This document shows positions 1-12,824 of a DNA stretch of 64,000 nucleotides, in pieces (the first letter of the stretch is position 1; each line of letters opens with the position of its first letter). The stretch lies in NCBI GenBank assembly GCA_038087875.1, contig JAXLNO010000237.1, forward strand, positions 1-64,000, given 5' to 3'. This DNA is from Malacoraja senta. Lineage: Eukaryota. The translations under genes were made by a program, and so were the position numbers. The notes below the pieces were generated by a model. That model made no database searches, was not told the origin of the DNA, and saw nothing but the letters and a program-made list of their open reading frames with translations.

Positions 1-739
1 AACTTTAAAGTAAAGTTTTAAGCATCTGGCCATCTGCTGGTACACAAACTGTGCATTCAGCAGCCTGTGAAAAAGCTGAAAATATTGGCTTCAGGTGAGG
101 CCTCTGATATGAGAAAAACCACAAAAGAATGCATTTAACTTTTCTTTTTAACTTATTTCAATAAGAATGCTAGAAACCTAAGCCTGTTCTGAATCCACGC
201 AGGTTCTCGGCATTATGTGACTGCTGGATAAGGGAAAGATAATATTTTCTCATATACACAGGCTACAGTACAATCTCTCAAGCCAGATATGATTCTTATA
301 AAGCTGTGAGAACCAAGCCAAATGGAACAGAAATGGTAACAACAGCAGGAAGTAAAAGTCATTTTCTTTCACACAGAAACCAAGATAAAAGCAGCAAAAA
401 ACCCCCAACAGATCAAAACACAGAGTGCCATTTTATTGTTTAACTCTGGGGAGGCATCAACATACAAAGAATGAAGATGACAAGCGGGATCTAGTGAAGA
501 ATGCAGAGAACAAATATACAGCTTGATATATGCAAAAACCATTCAGTTCATATCAAATGTATTCATTCTGGACTGATTCCAACATGGCAAGCTGTGAAGC
601 TTGGTTCTGAGAGATTTATGAAGCTTTGTATCTCTCTCCATCTCTCTCTCTCTCTCTCGTGTATTTGTGTTTCTTTATGTGTGTGTGTGTGTGTGTGCCT
701 CTTTCTTTCTTTCTCTCCCTCTCTCAACTCTCTTTTTTA

Positions 740-1043
740 GCTTAGTTTAGAGATACAGCGTGGAAACAGGCCGTTTGGCCCATTGAGTCTGTGCCAACCA
801 GCGATCATCCCTGTACACTAGCACCATCCTACACACTAGGGGGAATTTACAATTTTACTTAAGCCAATTAACCTACAAACCTGCACGTCTTTGGAGTGTG
901 GGAGGAAACTGGAGCACCAGGAGAAAACCCACGCCATCACGAGGAGAACATACAAACTCTGTCCAGACAGCACCCGTAGTCAGGATCGAACCTGGGTCTC
1001 TGATGCTGTAAGGCAGCAACTCTACTGCTGCGGCACCGTGCCG
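740..1043 (-). mobile_element. tRNA-derived SINE (elasmobranch HE1-like)
   Basis: Reverse complement has a tRNA-like head (GCAGCAGTAGAGTTGCTGCC...CCAGGTTCGATCCTG) and a CR1-like tail ending CTGTATCTCTAAACTAA; about a dozen homologous copies in the window. Confidence 0.85.
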
Positions 1044-1726
1044 TCGTGAATCTCTCTTTCATGTCTCTCTCTCTCTCTCTCTCCCTCTCGCTCGTGTCTG
1101 CCTACAGTGTCTCTCTCGCTCACGTGAATCTCTTTTGCGTCCTCATGAAACTCTCTTTCATGTCTCTATCTCTTTCTTTCTCCCTTGCTTTCATGTAGGT
1201 GTCATGTCATGGCTGTCATGTCTCTCCAGATGCCTACCAATCCTTAATCCTGCTCTCTTGTGTGGAAAATACTTCCATTTGCAAACAATACCTCAGAAAA
1301 CTTGTACAAGAAAAAATATACCCATAACAAGCTGGCTGTTAAAAATATTATTTTCTTCTGACATACCATAATCTACATTGAAGATTAAAAGAACTCTTCC
1401 AAATGCCCTGTCTAGCATTGCACCATGTAATGGTAATCATCTGGATATTTCGAAGGTGCATTAAAAAACGTTTGTACTGTTTAGCTTTAATCATTAAACA
1501 AACCACCTGTTGATTTTACAGTGCAGGCTAGGAAACTAATGATGCTCAGATGAATGTTATAAATTTCAGTTGGTCAAAATTTATTTTTCTTAATTTAACA
1601 CAGACATTGCTAGTCCTGGCTTTTTTCATGAATTTCATTTCCTCTCTTCATGCTTGTAATATGTTTGTACAAGACCCTGTCTGCTTTATTTTAATTTAGT
1701 GATTGACTATTCTCTTTCTCCTGCAG

Positions 1727-1744
1727 ATGACATGGGCATCAATG
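1727..1744 (+). other. Candidate 18-nt microexon of an unidentified host gene
   Basis: TTCTCTTTCTCCTGCAG acceptor, ATGACATGGGCATCAATG, then GTAAGA donor; frame-preserving length; non-repetitive pyrimidine-rich upstream sequence. Confidence 0.4.
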
Positions 1745-2875
1745 GTAAGACCATTTATTGCTCATCCTTGCCTGTTAGTGAGAATGTTGAGGGCACCCAC
1801 TTGGGATTTCTTTGAATGTACAGATGCCGTGCAGACATCACTGGTGAAATCAAACCTCAGTCTCTGGAGTTGTGAAGCATCTTCCCTCAATGGTTCAATG
1901 ATGCTTTTATTGTCACATGTGCAAAGTTCAAATGCGCAGTGAAATTATTTTCTTACAAATGGTCCAGTATAGTATTGCCATGCCTAAGCACATCCCTGAT
2001 TAGCAGATTGTACCAAAATATTCTAATGATCTTGCAAGCAATTGCGCCATGTTTTGGCGCCATTTTCAAAGTCCAGTCCGCACTCTAGTTGTCGTGATCG
2101 GTGCCCGTTCCAGGTGAGCCCCAGGCTGTTGCGGGCCTCCAGCCGTTGCCTTCCCTTAAATGTCTGGATTGACTGGTGAACCGACGTCCTCTCTTTGCCC
2201 GTCCACCTTTGTACCCCACAGCCGACCTCGAGGGCACGGTAAGCCAGACACCACTCCCTCTCCTACCGGCCCTGCTCCTCGCCCATCACATCCATTGTCG
2301 TCACCGGCTCCATGCTCCTGGACTCTGCCTCCGTTAACAGTGCTGCAGGTTGTGAGATGCTTACAACATGAGATGTTAACTCTGTTTCTCCATTGATGCA
2401 GTCTGTGCCACTGAATATGTCTACTTTTGCCAGCATGTCCTGCTTTTATTTTAGATGTTCAATATTCACAGTATTTTTCTTCATTTCATATAAGCGAGTT
2501 AATGGCTGCACCAAAATAGCAAATGCCATGGTCTTTTTGCCTCATTAAGCTCCAGGCTAAAAAAATAACATTCAGACATCAGGCAAGACTTTTAAGTTCC
2601 TTTATATTTTTTCCATTTAAATTCAGGCAGATGATATATAATTTTTTTACAAATGTTAAGGGCACAGCATTTTTCAAAGTGCATTATCAACATGAAAGTG
2701 ATGCTGAGAGCTCTACATTAGTCGACACGACTCTGCAGTAATGGACTTTGCTCATTGAATCATTATCGTGTCTGGTGATGTTACATCACACACACCGCCA
2801 CTTTTAACATGGACATCTACCAAGCTAACTAAATGGATCAAAGCATGTGTCACGGCCAAGCATGGTCTTATTCCT

Positions 2876-3006
2876 AGTCATAGTCACAGAGTGTGGAAAC
2901 AGGCCCTTCAGCCCAATTTGCCCACATCAACTAACATTTCCCATCTACACTTGCCCCACTTGCCTGCATTGGGCCCATACCCCTCTAAAGCTGTCCTATC
3001 CATGTA
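2876..3006 (-). mobile_element. CR1 LINE 3' end fragment
   Basis: Reverse complement matches the CR1 3' UTR seen at 6850-6982 and 45710-45840. Confidence 0.75.
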
Positions 3007-4214
3007 TCTACAGATACCATCTATCTGTGACTGCTGGCCAGCAAAGATCACTGCAGACCTCAATTCTTGCGCATTCCTGGGTTTAATCACTGAACCATTT
3101 TAATCACCCGACCATTATTTGAATATAGGTTCAACTGTTTGGACTCCGGAATTGGATTGTCTCCCCAAATATCTCTGCCTCACTATTACTTTGTGATGCT
3201 AATGGCAACCCAACTTTTTGCTGGCGTTGTGGTCACGTTTAGTCTACGGTGATCGCTGGTCGGCCCGGACTTGGTGGGCCAAAGGGCTTGTTGTATCTCT
3301 AAACTAAATTAAACATGTCTGTGTGAGAAACTGATTTAAATTTAACTTGATCATGAATCCACAAAACATCATAGAACATTTGCTGTTTTAAAATCATTAT
3401 TTACATTCAAGTTGTAACTGGTGTCAAATGCAAGTTGTAGAAAAGTATTGTCACTAATTTGTGTAGTTTTTAAATGTACATTTTTCGAGCAGAATTGGGT
3501 CATACAGTTTTAATCACCTTTTCATTACACAAACCGTAAGTTGCTTCATTTCTGCAATCCATACTGGTTAGGCACAAGGAACTGCAGATGCTGGAATCTT
3601 GAGTAGCACACTAAATGCTGGAGCAATTGCATCAAGCAGCATCTCTGGAGGACATGGATAGGTGACATTTCTGGTCAGGACCCTTCTTCAGACCTACTTT
3701 GAGAAAGTACAGTGAGTGAATTGCATCACCAGGAATATAGCTGCTAAATGTAGTGGGAATTGACTCAATTTTGTAGAAATACTTTTGAATAGTAGTTGGC
3801 TAAAAGCTTTTAGAATCAACCATATGCAGAGAGAATGGGTTTCATGTTAAATGAGGTGAGTAGGTAGACTCCAACAAAACAAGTCTGGAAGTGCAATTGT
3901 CAAAAACCTGGCAATCTCCCACAGATATTCATAACTAATAAGGGCAACCCTCACTAAGATGCAATTTGAATAAAAAGAACAAAGTAAGCCTTCAATAAAA
4001 ATTGTTCATCTTGGATCTACCACAAGGTGAAATACTGATTAAAGTAATGGCTTTGGAAATTCCTGAAAATGAACTTCGTTAGTGCCATTCAACACATAGG
4101 AACTAAAACTTGTTGCACCTCCTGCAAGAATTCTTCCACATTTCTCAAGGAAAAAAGTCACTCTATCGAAAAATGCACAGAAATTCTGAAGCTCTCCATT
4201 GTGAGCAAAGATGT

Positions 4215-4510
4215 AGGGTGCAGCGGTAGAGTTGCAGCCTTGCAGCACAAGAGGCCCAGGTTCGATCCTGTCTATGGGTGCTGTCTGTACGGAGTTTGTA
4301 CATTGTGCTCTCCCTGTGACTGCATGGGTTCTCTGCGAGTGCTCCGGTTTCCTCCCACATCCCAAAGATGTGCAGGTTTGAAGGTTAATTGGCTTCTGTA
4401 AATTATAAATTGTCCCGACTGTGTAGAGTAGTGTTTGTGTACAGTGTGATCGCTGGTGGGAGCGTTGGGCCGAAGGACCTGTTTCCGCGCTGTATCTCTA
4501 AAGTCTAAAG
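4215..4510 (+). mobile_element. tRNA-derived SINE (HE1-like)
   Basis: GCAGCGGTAGAG head, GGTTCGATCC box B, tail CTGTATCTCTAAAGTCTAAAG. Confidence 0.85.
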
Positions 4511-5718
4511 CCTATATCGCACAGTAGAAGGAAGCCCAGTTAAATGGAATGTTTAACATATCCCAAGACATTTAACAAAGGACAACAAAAAGACACCAAG
4601 CCAAACAAAAATCTAGTGCAGATAACTACATATTTGTTCAAAGAGATACATTTTAAATATTATCTTAAAGGATGTGCGAAAAGCAGAATTCGTAATGCAG
4701 CAATTGTTCTCAAACACATCAGTCACCAATGAACACAATGTAACAAATCAATTAATTTTTAATACACCTAGCAATCTCTCATTAATTGTACCGTAAACCT
4801 TTAGTTATCCAAAAGCAAAGTTGACTCCTGAGATATCAATGTATACTTTATGGAAAATGGTGATTTTTTTTTTGGCTATACTTTTTGGAGATGCCTCAGA
4901 CCTTTGTTGGTCTGAGTGATTCTTAACCTCCTCATCCACAAATCCTCTAACCGGAGAGTAATTTAATGTAGTTCATTGCCTTCTTCACATTTATCCTATC
5001 ACACCGTACAGGCTCAGTTTTTAAAGCCTATCCCTATTTACTTTTAAGTTGAGTGACTGGCAAGGACATTACAGAAGGCAAATTTAGAGTCAATCACACT
5101 GTTGATGTCAGATACTAGGAAAATGGATAAGGGCAACATAATTCCTTTCTTAAAGACCACGCTGACCAAGTTTTTGATTTTAAAAGGGCAATCCAATATT
5201 TTATGGTAAAGGTTGTGAACTTTAAAATTCTCCAAATGCTCGTGGGATTTGAACTCGTGTCTCTAAATAAGCCCAGATTTTGAGATAACTAGACTGCAAA
5301 TCTTGCTTTCCTGGCTCTTCAGTGCCTCTTGCTCCACTTATCCACTTGTAAGCAGTGCTTCTACACCCTGCTGTCAGGTTAAAAATATCTACCATTCCAA
5401 TCACCACTGTAACTATGGTAGTGAAAATTCAGATTGTGTTCTTTGCTCATCTATTGCGAGATTAGAAATAAATTCAAGTTGTATTACATTTGTTGCCACT
5501 AACAAAACCTTTAATACACAAATGTTACATATTTTAACATATCATTTTTAAACAGCTTTTACCATTTCTTTGTTTAAGGTGTAACATGCCCAGAATAGCA
5601 CCAAGCTTGGCAAATTATCAGTTGGCACTTTTTCCCAATGCATTCCACTAACATCAACCCTCTCGCTGATTAATGAGATGAGCAAAGCAAGGCTCTTCCT
5701 CACGTTTAGTATTTGTAA

Positions 5719-6108
5719 AGGGCCTGTCCCACTTTCCCGAGTTATCCACGAATTCTCCTGAGTTATTCACGAATTCTCCCGAGTTTTCAAACTCGCAGAA
5801 TGTTCGTAACGAGTCCGTAGGAGGCGTAGGATTCTGTGGATATATCGTAGCGGCTCATTATGCCAGCCGTATGTACTCGGGGCATCAGGTAAGTCGGGAC
5901 ATTTTTTCAGCATGATGAAAAATGTCCACGAATAAAATCATAGCCCTGACTACCTATGGCTGGCATAACAAGCTGCTACGATATATCCACGGACTCCTAC
6001 GGCCTCGTACGGACTCGTTACGAACATTCTGCGAGTTTGAAAACTCGGGAGAATTCGTGAATAACTCAGGAGAATTCGTGAATAACTCGGGAAAGTGGGA
6101 CAGACCCT
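5719..6108. mobile_element. Palindromic MITE, PIF/Harbinger-like
   Basis: Terminal inverted repeats AGGGCCTGTCCCACTTTCCCGAG / CTCGGGAAAGTGGGACAGACCCT; near-perfect inverted arms over most of its length; flanked by TAA/TTA. Confidence 0.85.
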
Positions 6109-6571
6109 TTACTCTTTTTTAGCATTGCTCTACCTCAATATCCACATAGTCAAATAAGCAATGGTGTAACTGGACGAGTAGTTTAATAACACATTAATTT
6201 GTTTAATGATTAGTTACATTATGTAGGGTTTCTTGGCAAATACACCAACAACGTTGGCATAATCGCCTAAATTAGAAATGCCATTGATGTATCTGTCACT
6301 AGTTAAAAATACACTATTGCTGTGTCTAACTGTGAAACAGGAAAGAAGAAATCCTTCTGTTTATAAAATTCCTTCATACCAAATTAATTACGTTGAAATG
6401 AGTCTTGTTCACGAAAGAGCCAATTCACGAAAATGACAATGGGACAAAGAACTAATTAATTTATTTTGGACACCATTGACTGTAAAATAGGAGCATGAAT
6501 TGGCTGTTTAGTCCGTTGAGCTTCAAACTCCATTTTACTCACCGTTAATCCATGTATGATTACCTGGCAAA

Positions 6572-6982
6572 GATCTATTCCTTGGAGTGCAGGAGCATGA
6601 GGGGTGATCTTATAGAGATGTATAAAATCATGAGAGGAATAGATTGGGTAGATGCACATATTCTCTTGCCCAGAGTAGGGGAATTGAAGACCAGAGGACA
6701 TAGGTTCAAGATGAAGGGGAAAAGATTTTATAGGAATCTGAGGGGTAACTTTTTCACACAAAGGGTGGTGGGTGTACAGAACAAGCTGCTAGAGGAGGTG
6801 GTTGAGGCTGGGACTATTCCAACGTTTAAGAAACAGTTAGACAGGTAAATGGATAGGACAGGTTTGGAGGGATATGGACCAAGTGCAGGCAGGTGGGACA
6901 TGTGTAGCTGGGACATGTTGGCCGGGGTGGACAAGTTGGGCTGAAGTGCCTGTTTCCACACTGTATCCACTCTATGACTCTA
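6572..6982 (+). mobile_element. CR1 LINE 3' fragment
   Basis: ORF2 C-terminus (YSLE..RGDLIEMYKIMRG..TRGH..FFTQRVV) plus 3' UTR ending CTCTATGACTCTAT. Confidence 0.9.
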
Positions 6983-8634
6983 TTTATCACTGAGACACCA
7001 GGAACTACAGATGCTGGAATCTTGAGAAAAGCACAAAGTGCTGGATTAACTCAAGGGGTCAGGCAGCATCTCTTCAGGATATGGATAGAAGATACTTCGG
7101 GTCTAGGTTCTCAATTTGTCCGAGCTTCAGCATCCCATTAAGCCAGCTAGTCTGAGGGAATAAAACGTTGGTCAGATCCCATAGAATCTTCCCACCCTTT
7201 GTTTTCCCAAGGAGTGCAGAAGTCCTTTAACATCTCTAGTTTACCAGCTGATCCTTATGAGAGAGGGTTGGGAGTGGAGGGCACGTAATCCCTCATCGTA
7301 ACTCCTCATAAAACTTCAAACTGGTAAGTTCTCGTTTAATCTTACTATTTTATTTTTGGAGTCACGTGAGTGACTACGTGAAGATTTCAAAGCTCTGAGA
7401 TTTCATGCCGTGGACACGAGTCTATGCGTCACTCACTGCATCAATTGACCAAGGATGAGTGAACATAAATCATGCATTCAGACATGACATAGATATAGAC
7501 ATGCTGATGCTTTTTTATGAACAAATAATAACAATAGTAACCTCTGTCATCCGGGAGGAAACTATAGGCAGAACTTAAAATAGAGTTGGCAAATACCCCC
7601 GGTCTGGCAATGGGTTTGTATAAATGTATGGAAAGATCATTCGTTTGACCACCCTGCAGACGCTAGGATGTGGTACAGTGGAACGTCCATACCCCTGCCG
7701 CTGAAACTGTTGCAGCCCTGGTGGAGTGAGATTTAAAATGTCAGAGTCACTCCTGCACAAGGCAGAACCCGTTTAACCACCTGGAGATGGTCTGTACTGA
7801 TACCTTCTTATGAGGTTTATGTAACTAACAAACATTGCTAGATCAGTGCCCCTAAGGCTCTAAGTGACCTAACGTATAGTAGTAGATGACCACACACAAC
7901 CGAAGGTCCATGGGGTATGCCCAAATTCTAGTTAGAGACATGATGCCCCTGGTCTGCTCTGCTTGACTAAGCCATGAACATAAATTGTTATTTGCCTGCA
8001 GATGTAACCATGCTGTCCAGTCACGCTATGCAATGACTGGACCCTTTGCGCTGAACCAGTGCCATGAGCATAACCACTTGTAAGTGAGTTTGACCAAGGA
8101 CAGGGATGACACCGGAGCCCACCGGCGAAGCGGCGTCAGCACAATGTTAACATCCCATATCTCTGCGTACCTGGGCCTGGGAGGTTTGAGTTGAAGATAC
8201 CCTTCATGAATTTGGATATCAGAGGGTGAGACCCAACAGAGTGGGTCCCGCTCCTTGCAGAAATATGATGAGAAGGCACGTTTGGCACAGTTAATGGTAC
8301 TATGACTAATTTTATGTCAAAGACCCATTCGAAAATGAACTCCCAGTCGTCAGTATCCGTGCCGTATATATGTCAACGAATTGATTTATCATGCATTGGA
8401 TGGTTTCCCGAGTCACGGGCTGAACCAGCAATACTAGTTAGAATTGACATATAAGATTCTATATCATTCCCCACATCAGCAGGAACCATGGCTGCATAGA
8501 ACAGTCACTACAAAAAATGCCTGAAGCGGGATTACTGAATGTTTGCAAGACCCGACTGATGAGGCAAAATGGAGGAAGACCTGCCCAGTGTAGCGAGAGT
8601 GCAATTATTGCCACTGCCATGCCACCTATATATA

Positions 8635-8660
<26 letters not shown>

Positions 8661-8665
<5 letters not shown>

Positions 8666-9137
8666 ATATACTTTTAAAACTCTCTGGCTGTCGTCCGTCT
8701 GTACGTCTGTACGTCTGTACGTCTGTACGTCTGTACGTCCGTACGCCGCCTTTGATACCGCCCCTGGCCCACACAGTGCGCGGAAAGGCCCATATTTTTT
8801 ACCATTTCCAAAGAGATGACATTTATCTTTACGAATAGCCACTCCTGATTAAATTCGGTCCTGTTTATGTACACGTTTTTTAAATAAAATCCATCCCCCC
8901 CCACCCCCATGTGATTTTCTCCGATTGTCTCCGATTTTCTCCGGAAACGATGCCATCTTTTTTTCTCCGATTTTCTCCGAAAACTACGCCATCTTTTTTT
9001 CGCCGATTTTTTCCGAAAACGACGCCATCTTTTTTTCAGCAGATTTTCACCCCGGGGTCTGAAGCACGTTCGGGAACAACACCCCGGGGTGTCAAGCACT
9101 TTCGGGGACCAGACCCAACGGGTCTGCACTTGGTCTA

Positions 9138-9138
<1 letters not shown>
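8661..9138 (+). mobile_element. Non-autonomous Helitron-like element inside the DIRS element
   Basis: 5' TC start, internal (GTACGTCT)n microsatellite, about 33-bp tandem repeats at 8931-9040, subterminal hairpin AGACCC-AAC-GGGTCT (9111-9125), 3' CTAG; sits between A and T in a (TA)/(TCTA) tract. Confidence 0.7.
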
Positions 9139-9173
<35 letters not shown>

Positions 9174-11691
9174 CTACTGGTGATTGAGCCTGGATGCAAC
9201 ATCTCGATCTAGTGTTCCATGATTCACCAAGTCATTAAATACTTAGTGATCCAACATCCATTCTGTTTTGACATTGATTTTACATGATGATACACCAGTG
9301 CCAATTGAAGTTAGGTAAACCATGCCCGGATACTTTGACTTGATTGCACCCATGTGATTAACATATGACACCACTAAAGTGTATCAACTTGGACTTGAAC
9401 ATGCTGATTATGCATATTCGCACAACCCTTAACCCATAGAATGCACCTAGTGTCTAAAGGTAGTTGATACCATAGAACTGAAGAATAGGTAACTCATGCA
9501 AATCCCATCACCTCCGTAACTAGAGATGGTATTAGTAATTTCACATCTTTAAGCACTCGCATCAGTTTGTAATATAACTGAAGATTTACTGACGAAAAGT
9601 TAGTGGAGCAATGCTGAATACTGTTCGTCCACCATAGTGACTTTCATGGAGGTAAATAACGAGACCTACTTACCAGTGTCTCTAACTCCAGGTCCCTTAC
9701 CTTTGCTGGAGTTCCAGCGAAATTTCATTCGCAGACTCTGTCCATGTTGTCATTTCCATTAGATCGCTGATGCTGCTGGCCAACTTTACTTGTAGTGGCT
9801 AGTCCGTCACCGACGGAGCAGCAATTTTAGAGGCAAAGTACCGTTTTCCCTCATGCGATTGTCGTGCATTATGCATTAAGCATGGGACCCCGGCATAGTC
9901 ATATTCGGGTTCCTGTTTGGAGTCAAACCATACTAACCTTAGACACTCTTTTAGAGTGGGAGTAATTGCACCTGAACCAGGTGTCACCATCCGTCTCCTC
10001 AATTTGTCTGTGCATGCCTCTGTACCAAGTATGTTTTGCGACTCCATCTCCCATGGTCTTATAATATATATGGCTCCATCTTCATCCTTTATACATCCGA
10101 ATGGGAGGACTTATGCCCTGAACCAGGGGCTGCCTCAGGCTGTGTGCATGTATTTTAGCACCATCTCCATCACTGCGCTCAACCGAGTGGGAGGAATGGC
10201 AACCCTGAACCAGGCGTTGCTTCAGGCACATGTGCATACTCCTGTAGCACTCTCTCCACCACTCCGTCATTTGAGTGGGAGGAAATTTGCAACCCTGAAC
10301 CAGGAGCTGCTGCCTGACATTCCTTTAGATGGAGCATTCGCAATCTTGTCCGACATAGATGCCCAAGACTTGGCACTCACTCTGAGTTGGGGTTGTCATG
10401 TTGCTTCCTTCAGCAGCCGCCAGGACTAGCTGTGCAAATCAATGCTCTGTTGGTATCCTCATTCCCCAAACAGGCTGCATGTGCTAGTGACTCCGAATCC
10501 TGCTCCTTTCCGATGCCAATGCAGTATACAGGGAAGGACTCGAGCGCCTCTGGCCCCCGTACGTCAGACATAGTGGGAGAAGTGCTGGAACAAAAACCTG
10601 CCAGTTATTTGTCATGGGCAAAGACGTTTACATGAATGAAGACGCCCATCCCAGTTAAATCAGAGATTTGATTACTTTATTGATATGAATAATCAGCGTT
10701 TTGGGGAAGAATCTTCCACAGTCCCTTAATGAGCGGAATTAACATGACGCCACCATGTATAGCTCGCACAGGTGACTGATAAGTATAGCTCAACAAGGCT
10801 TTCCAAGCCAGTGATCTAGACCGCCATGGCAGGTCCGATTCTACTACACAATTTGTTGGTGTAAGTGAAAATAAAATTCTCTCTTGGTTATGATAGTCAC
10901 AACGTGACCTAGTGGCAACTAAATAATTGACCACCCTGTATAACCATACTTTAAAAATATACACTATAACTAGACCACACAACCCATGTTACGGAAAGCC
11001 AGACTCGCGTACCTGCATAGATACCGGTGGTCTTGAGGTAAGCCCAAAGGCCCCTGATGTAGGTCCCATTCCCGTCCTTGACTTGGAGGGTAGAACTGTC
11101 GAGGTGCGTGGATAGTATATTTCCCCTGAAGGCCAGCTTGGGCCTAGGCCTGAAGACCTCTGCCCACAGAATCAGTTCCCTGGCTGCTACCAGCTTTAGA
11201 AAAAACTACTACCATAGGAGACGTAAGGGTGATGTAGCCGTTAGTAATGTGAGGGGAACTCTGGTCCCCCCCCCCCCTCGGGTATACTGGAATCTAATGT
11301 AGAATGTGCTCTGGCCACACTTCCGGGGTTGGGGTCAGACACACACTGACCTTTGCACTCCTCTCCACTGAGGGGAGATTAGAAAGCAGCCCTGAACACA
11401 GGCGCTGCCGTAGTCCCCCGAGGACCTGCGCTGATATGGCCCTGATCCGTGGACCATATCAGGATGTGTAGAACGTCCGAGAACGTACCGTAATGACGGA
11501 GGGGAACCGTCCTGGCCAGCCTCGTCCAGCCCAGGCCTCTCTGACTCCGTATAGTTGCCCTCCTTTTGGGCTGCCGAAGTCGGGGTCGCTGACCGTACTG
11601 TCAGCGAGTAGGGTAGTAAACCCGACGGCCACCGGCTACTCACTCTACCGCGAACCGTAGCCAGCATTACCTGCGGTCTAAAGTACCCCGC

Positions 11692-12102
11692 AAAGAAAAA
11701 CAAGAAAAAAGAGAAAAAAGAAAAACCGGAAAAATGTTAAAATATGGGCTCCATTCATTAACTATTTGAAGGGATAGATGGGCCCAGCACGAAAACCCAA
11801 CTGAAGCTTGAACTCAGGATTAGATGTAAAATTATATTTCATAACCTACGAACTTATCTCCAATGACGTATTATAAGTAACTCATTCCACCTCTTTTTTT
11901 TTTTTTCGATATTTGTAATGCTTTTTTCTTTCTACCTCTCTTTTTCTATCTATATAAAAAAAAACACTAGAAGCAGAATTAATCGACAATTGACAATTTT
12001 AATAATATATGATTGATATATATGAAAAGTTTTTTTTCTATTATAATATGTTACTATACTTTATAATATGTTTGCTTCTAATAAAAATATTAATCAAAAA
12101 AA
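11692..12102 (+). mobile_element. 5'-truncated L1 3' end inserted in the DIRS element
   Basis: 13-bp TSD TAAAGTACCCCGC (11679-11691 and 12103-12115); WAPFINYLKG homologous to WSPFIDYLKG at the end of L1 ORF 46669-47595; AATAAA followed by an A tail. Confidence 0.85.
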
Positions 12103-12824
12103 TAAAGTACCCCGCGGCCTGAATTAAAATTCCTCGGGAGTCGCTGACCGCACTGTCAGCGACTCGAGCAGCAACCCCAACAGCCACCCGCTACCCGCAT
12201 ACCGCGGTCCGTAGCCAGCATCCCCGCGGTCCAATTGGTTTCCCCGCGGTCCAACCGGGTTACCGTATGCAATTTCCCACAGGAAACTCTGCGAGAAGAG
12301 TTTCCTGGAACGAAGAACAACCTAAAAAGTAAGTTTAAAACTTGCGTGTAGGCTTTTAAACTTACCGGTTGAGGAGCAGCGCGCCTGCCCAGCCGGTCGC
12401 TGCGCCATGCGTCGACGTAATGATGCGCATGCGGGCTGGTGGGGTCTTCACGTAGTCATTCACATGACTCCGAAGTAAAATGTCTCACTCAAAGGATTAT
12501 TCAGACAACGTTGAAATATCAATATATATTCTATATTTAATTCCTAGTATAGAGATTCAACCACAATCTTCTGATTGACTGCGTACCAAAAGAGTGGAGG
12601 GAATACTTAATGCATTTTCAATGACATTCTGAAATCCACCCTGAACCACAATGGTTTTAATCAGTGATTGTGTTCCAAGACTAATACAAAATCTTCTTGT
12701 ATGGAACACCAAAATTCACAGTGTCATAAAAAGGAACTTCAGATACTGGTTCACGCATTGGGCACTGGATCATTTTATATACACATCCATTGTTTTCACT
12801 CACATTGACGGGCATTTTAACTGT

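Larger units (their letters stand above)
7255..12480 (-). mobile_element. Degenerate DIRS-type tyrosine-recombinase retrotransposon
   Basis: Minus-strand remnants: recombinase motifs VGSHPLISKFMKGIFN, PRPRYAEIWDVNIVL and ILASAGWSNE (about 7620-8240); methyltransferase-like ASRLNHQ and PPFCLISRVL; RNase H QTDASA and HVQVQVD..VVSYVNHM (about 9350-9575); 7349-7384 is the reverse complement of the terminus 12445-12480. Left boundary approximate. Confidence 0.85.

Noticed and set aside
4215..4290. tRNA-like sequences with A and B boxes
   Set aside because: They are SINE heads continuing into SINE body and tail; no complete cloverleaf
8674..9129. Arg/Lys-rich 151-aa ORF
   Set aside because: Antisense translation of tandem repeats inside the Helitron-like element
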